Positions 63,299 through 64,000 of a stretch of DNA of 64,000 bases are shown piece by piece. Position numbers and translations under genes: made by a program. The notes beneath the pieces were generated by a model. The model did no database searches. It worked only from the letters and a program-made list of their open reading frames with translations, and was not told the DNA's origin. The stretch spans positions 1 through 64,000 of IMG/VR virus record IMGVR_UViG_3300045988_133913. One strand, written 5' to 3'. Source of the DNA: a virus. The number at the start of each line of letters is the position of its first letter. Position 1 is the stretch's first letter.

Positions 63299-64000
63299 CT
63301 TTAGCGCGCCGTCTATCGACGAGCGCCGGGCAAACGCTGCTGCGGCAGCGCAGGCGGTTGCACAAGCTGCGGTAAACACGGATATTCCTGAAGATGACCC
63401 GTTGCTGTACGGTACAGGGGCTGAACCGGCTGATGAGGACGGAGACCAAGACGACGATAGCTGGTTAGACCAGTTGACGCCTTTCCAGTCAGAAACCGGG
63501 GAAACGAATCCATACGCGCGTGTAGCCGCGCCAGCGGCACCACAAGCGCCGGAAGCACCGAAGGAAGGGTTTACCCCGCAGCAACAGCAGGAGAACCTTG
63601 ACAAGCTGTATGAGGGGCTGGAGCATTTGGACGAGGATTCAGCTCGTGAGCTGAAGACGAAAATCCTAGACCCGGTGTTGACCAAGCAGGAAGAACGTTT
63701 AGCCCGTCTGGAGAAGGAGCGCCAGCAGGAAGCAGCGCAGCAAGCGAAGACACGATTGGACGTAGCAACTAAAAAGATTTTGTCAAAACATCCAAAAGCT
63801 GCTAGTATTCTCCAAAGCACTCAGTTTATTGAGTTTATTAACTCCGGTGTATCGAAATACGCCACCGAGAAACCAAGTGATTTATTAGCCGCCGCATATT
63901 ATCAGCACGGGGACGCTGAGTATGTGATTGGCGAACTCGACAAATTTGTCGAGTCGCGGAAGAAGCCGAAACCACCCGTGGGTGCTGAACCGCAACAAGG
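63285..64000 (+). CDS. scaffold-like acidic coiled-coil protein, 3' end outside window
   Basis: The frame from ATG 63285 stays open to the end of the window. The protein is acidic, A/Q/E-rich and helical. Its position after the portal and fibre genes fits a scaffold. Confidence 0.4.
   Translation, partial: MAKIDFSAPSIDERRANAAAAAQAVAQAAVNTDIPEDDPLLYGTGAEPADEDGDQDDDSWLDQLTPFQSETGETNPYARVAAPAAPQAPEAPKEGFTPQQQQENLDKLYEGLEHLDEDSARELKTKILDPVLTKQEERLARLEKERQQEAAQQAKTRLDVATKKILSKHPKAASILQSTQFIEFINSGVSKYATEKPSDLLAAAYYQHGDAEYVIGELDKFVESRKKPKPPVGAEPQQ

Overview
The window reads as a contiguous segment of a virulent-looking dsDNA tailed-phage genome, or a prophage of the same kind. Its gene content is podovirus-like: T7-type DNA polymerase, terminase and portal, plus internal virion proteins. 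I found no integrase, tRNA or CRISPR array. The layout has four parts. (i) 1-24.3 kb on the + strand is a late/virion module. It contains a Rha-type antirepressor, Gly-rich fibre-like proteins and two adjacent paralogous genes (6388/7288). It also contains a protein with a conserved PG-hydrolase-like block and a 3,564-aa giant ORF at 10449-21143 carrying an embedded YkuD-like L,D-transpeptidase motif. A second tandem pair and a lysis cassette follow: holin-like, i-spanin-like, TIGR02594-type hydrolase and a lipoprotein. The module ends in a bidirectional terminator. (ii) 24.4-51.7 kb on the - strand is an early/middle operon read right-to-left. It starts with acidic small proteins and several unknown paralog families. 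It then carries family-A DNA polymerase, a MazG-like pyrophosphohydrolase and ThyX. Next come a Cas4-like PD-(D/E)XK nuclease and a terminator-flanked free-standing HNH endonuclease. The operon continues with a VRR-NUC nuclease, an SNF2 helicase and two unknown ORFs, then an HTH protein, a PrimPol-helicase fusion and an HU-like protein. (iii) 51.7-54.9 kb is a largely non-coding control region with an AT-rich island, a poly-T tract, an AACATT motif array and TGTTAATTAACA palindromes. It also holds GC-stem/GTT-loop hairpins and a strong terminator just before the terminase genes. (iv) 54.9-64 kb on the + strand has a putative TerS, TerL, the portal, another tandem paralog pair, a repeat-built fibre and a scaffold-like ORF that runs off the window. 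Points I find most worth a second look are the giant virion protein with the transpeptidase-like domain and the many tandem paralogs. Others are a four-member early-protein family sharing a C-terminal motif, a C/A-rich leader reused before at least eight early ORFs, and the architecture of the control region.
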